A DNA stretch of 64,000 nucleotides from Gekko japonicus. Taxonomy: Eukaryota. Shown in pieces: positions 60,392 through 64,000 of the stretch. The notes beneath the pieces were generated by a model. It had not been told where the DNA came from and did no database searches. It worked only from the letters and a program-made list of their open reading frames with translations. Location of the stretch: assembly GCF_001447785.1 (NCBI RefSeq), contig NW_015164186.1, positions 779,781 through 843,780 of the forward strand, written 5' to 3'. The stretch's first letter is position 1, and every line of letters begins with the position of its first letter. The position numbers and the translations under genes were made by a program.

Positions 60392-61087
60392 TGTGAAGGT
60401 CAGGCCACCCTGAGAAAGGGAGGTTTCAGCCTCACTGAAACATAGTTCTCTGCTCTTGTTTCTGATTATGATAGCAAGGGCTTGCAGCGGTCTCAATAGC
60501 TGGGTGGAAGGTCCAGGTTCGCAGGTAACATAGAAGCAAGCTAACCATACAAACTGGTTGAACCAGCAAGGATCTCTGCTTAAATATCCTGGAGAGCAAG
60601 AGGCCAAACCTGGTCTTGGGCTTCATCTGGCCAGGGCTTGGTTGAGCACCAATTCTGCAAAACACCACATGTACTTAGGCAGTGGTCTGGCTCAGCAGCT
60701 GGAACTGAGCTGCCAGCCTGGTGCCTCTTTGTTGATGAGTTAGTTGCCTTCTTGCGGGCCCACCATCTCTGTTACTCCCGACGGGTGGAAGGAGAACTTG
60801 GGGGACTGGGAGTCCAGGCTCTGGCCCTACAAGGCAGGGGGGTGGCTGCCCTGGAGTCTGCCATGTTGGCAGCATCGCCTGGAGCTAAGCCTTCAAGGGC
60901 AGGCCCTTCAACTGAGGCTTTGGGGTCCAGGGGCTCTGGGTCTGGAAGGAGTTCTAGCTCTGGTCTAGTGGTGCCGGGTGTCCCCTGAGCCTCCTGGTCT
61001 CCCCCCCCCCCGGGTGCTCTCTGGCTCATCCTGGTCATCTTCTGAGGAATCTGTTGCCAAGTCTGGCCTGGGGAGGAAGTCATAACA
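60392..61087 (-). mobile_element. Probable Gypsy-type LTR
   Basis: TGT..ACA termini (TGTTATGAC on -); TATA-like GATATTTAAG; Pro/Glu-rich low-complexity ORF ending PSPPSSPSTRR; no TSD found. Confidence 0.45.
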
Positions 61088-62621
61088 TTGTGCCTCTGTC
61101 CATAGCAGTGAATTACAACTAGTCATTGAGATACGAAACAGCAAAGGCCTGCACTTGGGGACACCATTCGGATCAGGGAGAACCTGCCCCTATAGATCCC
61201 AGGGCCAGGAACCTAGAAATGGGACCCTTTTCTATACATACCACCACCACCACCACCCCCGTACTTCATAAAGCTCAACACTCCAGGCCCCAAATCTAAA
61301 TTAGGGGCATCAACCCATTACATCATATTTAACCGGTTAATCACCTGCTTTTGTAATCAGTAAACTGACTAATTCCGATTTGCATATGATCCAAATTTCA
61401 AGATAGTGAAGGAAGTATGAGATAACATATCACTGAATCAACAGAAGCTCCCACGGAGGAGGAAATGTCTTCGTTAATTTTTTTTTTGCTTTCATTCCTT
61501 ATTACAATAACATTCCAGAACACCGGTAGCTTCAGAAAACAAACAAGGGTGCCTTAACCCTCTGCCCCAATCATTAACGTGGGTTCCCCACCCATTAAAT
61601 TTGGTCCCTACCGTTAAACAAGTAAAGCTTTCCCTTTGACTCATTTACCAATAGACTGTAGAGCATTCGTGTCATACACGTTTTTGTTGTGCTCTCAGGG
61701 CAATACCAGTTTCTTGCTCGACCCTCCAAACCTTGGCTCCTTCCCAAAACAGCAGAATCTGTTTCAGGGGTTGCCAGCTTTTTCTTTAATGACAGCTGCT
61801 TCTGAGTAAGGAAAAATACCTTGAGCCACTTCCTCCCCAACCAGGCACGATACCAAATTTTGCATGGATTAGGAAGAGCACCAGGAACGAAGCCATCAGC
61901 TAACCAGCCCAAGGAAAAAATCCCACACAACACAGCAGAGACCTGTGCATGATCACTTCCCGGGTCTTCCAGGGGATGCCTGAGCTAGTCTGCTGCAGCT
62001 GGTGAGCTACTGGTAGTTCACACATTACTTGTAGGAGACCCCTGGTTTCTTTCCTTCAGGACTATGGAATCTACCCCTTTTGCCGAAGAACTTGTTGCGG
62101 TTCCCCATTGGCATACTGCTTATGCTTCCTCCTGCATCCCATCAGGACTTCTGGGAACTAGAAGCCCCCTTACAGAAATCTCTCCAGCTGGCAATGCATT
62201 TCCTGGCCAGCTGCTTCCTTTACCTGCTGGGCTTCCTGCAGCACAGAGAATGGCAGGAAATTCCTTCCCTGTCACTGGCTCAAAAACAGCAGGTGGCTGC
62301 AGCTTCCTTCTCACAGTGTGGCAGGCATTGTAGCTCCTTGCTCACTTTTACATTGTCTAGGCTTGCCAGGCTTTAAATTGGTGGTCCCTTTGAAGTCAGT
62401 TTGATCTGTAGCAATTATCAGTTGGTGTTATTTACTTCCATGCCATGAAATGCTTTATTAGTCCTCTGTTAACAGGACATCATCTCCCCTGGTAACCTTA
62501 TTGGGGTGCCAAGGATACAAAAGCGGGATTTCTCAAACTCATGCAGATTGCCTTGAAACAAGCCCCTCTTGTCTCCATGCGCACCTAATAATATTAGGCA
62601 GGGCTGATGTAAAGAGTACTA

Positions 62622-63085
62622 CAGGGGTCATTTCGTAGAAAAAGAGGTGCAGGAGCTCATTAGCATAACTCATTAGCATAACTTATTTGCATATGCCACA
62701 CCCCTTGACATCACTGGAAGTGTGTCAGAAGGCAACACCCACCACTCAGGCTCCACTGGACTGTTTTGGATGGCTAGCTATTGGGAGAGGGGGGAATGTG
62801 CAGATCTGTCCTTGCAGAGGAGGGAGAGCTTGTCCCTGAATAAAACTTGGTGTTAAAGGTGCCACTGTACTGTTTTGGATTGCTAGCTATTGGGGGGGGA
62901 ATGCACTTGTACCTGAAGGCGGGCCGGGGGAGGGGCTCTGCAGCTTACCTGGCTGCTTCTTGCTCCTCATGGGCCGACTGAGGGCTGCTGGGAGCAGGGG
63001 GCGGGGCTTGTTGCATGTGCCAGCCCCCTGAACTCCTTACTGCCGGAGCTCCGCTCCTGTGCGCTCCTGCAGGAAATGACCCCTG
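62622..63085. mobile_element. Non-autonomous DNA transposon (hAT-like, TIR CAGGGGTCATTTC)
   Basis: CAGGGGTCATTTC..GAAATGACCCCTG; no clean TSD seen. Confidence 0.7.
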
Positions 63086-64000
63086 ACGAAAACCATTAGG
63101 CAACTAGGGTTGTCAGTTTCCAGGTGGTGGCTGTCTTCTACCATTGACCGCATCTTGATCTGCCACATTCAGCTTTTTATGACATGAAGATAAGCATCGT
63201 CTCCTTCTACGGTCTGCACATCAAATGGCTGATAGGGACAGGAGCTGTGGCTAACAAAGGCTTAGCAACTCTACTAAGATAATGCTGTTGAAGTGCTCTG
63301 AATACTTGATATAAATGCCAAGGGCTGTTATAGTGAACATCTCCCTGCTAAGTACATATGGTATCTACATTAAAAAAATAGCAGAGTTGGTGTGATTTAG
63401 ATCTAGAAACCAGCAAAGGGATTCGACCCTAACCTGCCCTCCAAAAAGTTGCCATAAATGTAATAATAAGCAGAAAGAAGAACTTTGGAACTACAAGCAG
63501 ATCAGAAGTGGAGCCTGGCAAGCTACAGGCAGAATTTAGGGGTACCTGGTGAGGGCAAAGGATGGCACCTGGCCAATCAAAGGAAGCTTAATTTGGACAG
63601 AAATTAGGGAGCAGATGACAAAAGCCATGCACAAAGCCTGCCTCTGATTCTGTTCCCTCGCCATGAAATGTCCTCTGGAAGCCTTAGGAAGTAAGCTAAA
63701 ATCCTGAGACTTCAGAACAGACCTTGATATCCGGCAGCTCTATGCTTCTAGCTTCCTTGGCAGGATATGCTAGCACTGATGCTGATCAATGCAAGCCTCA
63801 CCTGCTACTACATTGGCCCTTTTCTCCACATTCTTTCATTCACTCCATTATTACAGAGAGTCCAGATAAGGTCACTACCAAACCAATGCATTCCAGTGTT
63901 TTCCATGTTGCCCTCAGGTCTTTTTTATAACCTGGCTTGCAGTGATTTTGCTGAACGCAACAGGAAAACAGTTGCCAGGCCACCCTGACCGGGCAGAGTG

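Noticed and set aside
62060-62376. Good + strand acceptor followed by open frames
   Set aside because: No recognisable protein or partner exons; cannot be supported without expression data.

Overview
Eukaryotic (vertebrate) genomic DNA, almost certainly from a squamate reptile (Sauria SINEs, RTE-BovB and CR1 LINEs; gecko is only a guess). There are three spliced protein-coding genes. (1) COX5B (+, 4 exons, 5804-10618, 135 aa). (2) ACTR1B / beta-centractin (-, coding exons 2-11 at 24925-14159, tail-to-tail with COX5B). I could not find its canonical 48-nt first coding exon anywhere in the window, although a CpG-island promoter lies at about 33.0-33.9 kb. (3) An intact MARCHF5-like RING-CH E3 ligase paralogue (+, 6 exons, 38745-46512, 298 aa). 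The rest is intron or intergenic sequence dense in transposon relics: BovB, CR1, L1-like and L2-like ends, Sauria/tRNA/5S SINEs, several hAT and Harbinger-type MITE families with readable TSDs, Gypsy/LTR remnants, Penelope-type mini-elements with degenerate hammerhead-ribozyme cores, and one 355-nt N gap. Almost all ORFs in the supplied track are spurious or repeat-derived. No prokaryote-type system (CRISPR etc.) is present. The best leads are the MARCH5-like paralogue, the missing ACTR1B exon 1, the hammerhead-bearing Penelope mini-element family, a near-perfect intronic foldback, and a possible unannotated minus-strand gene at 57-58.6 kb.
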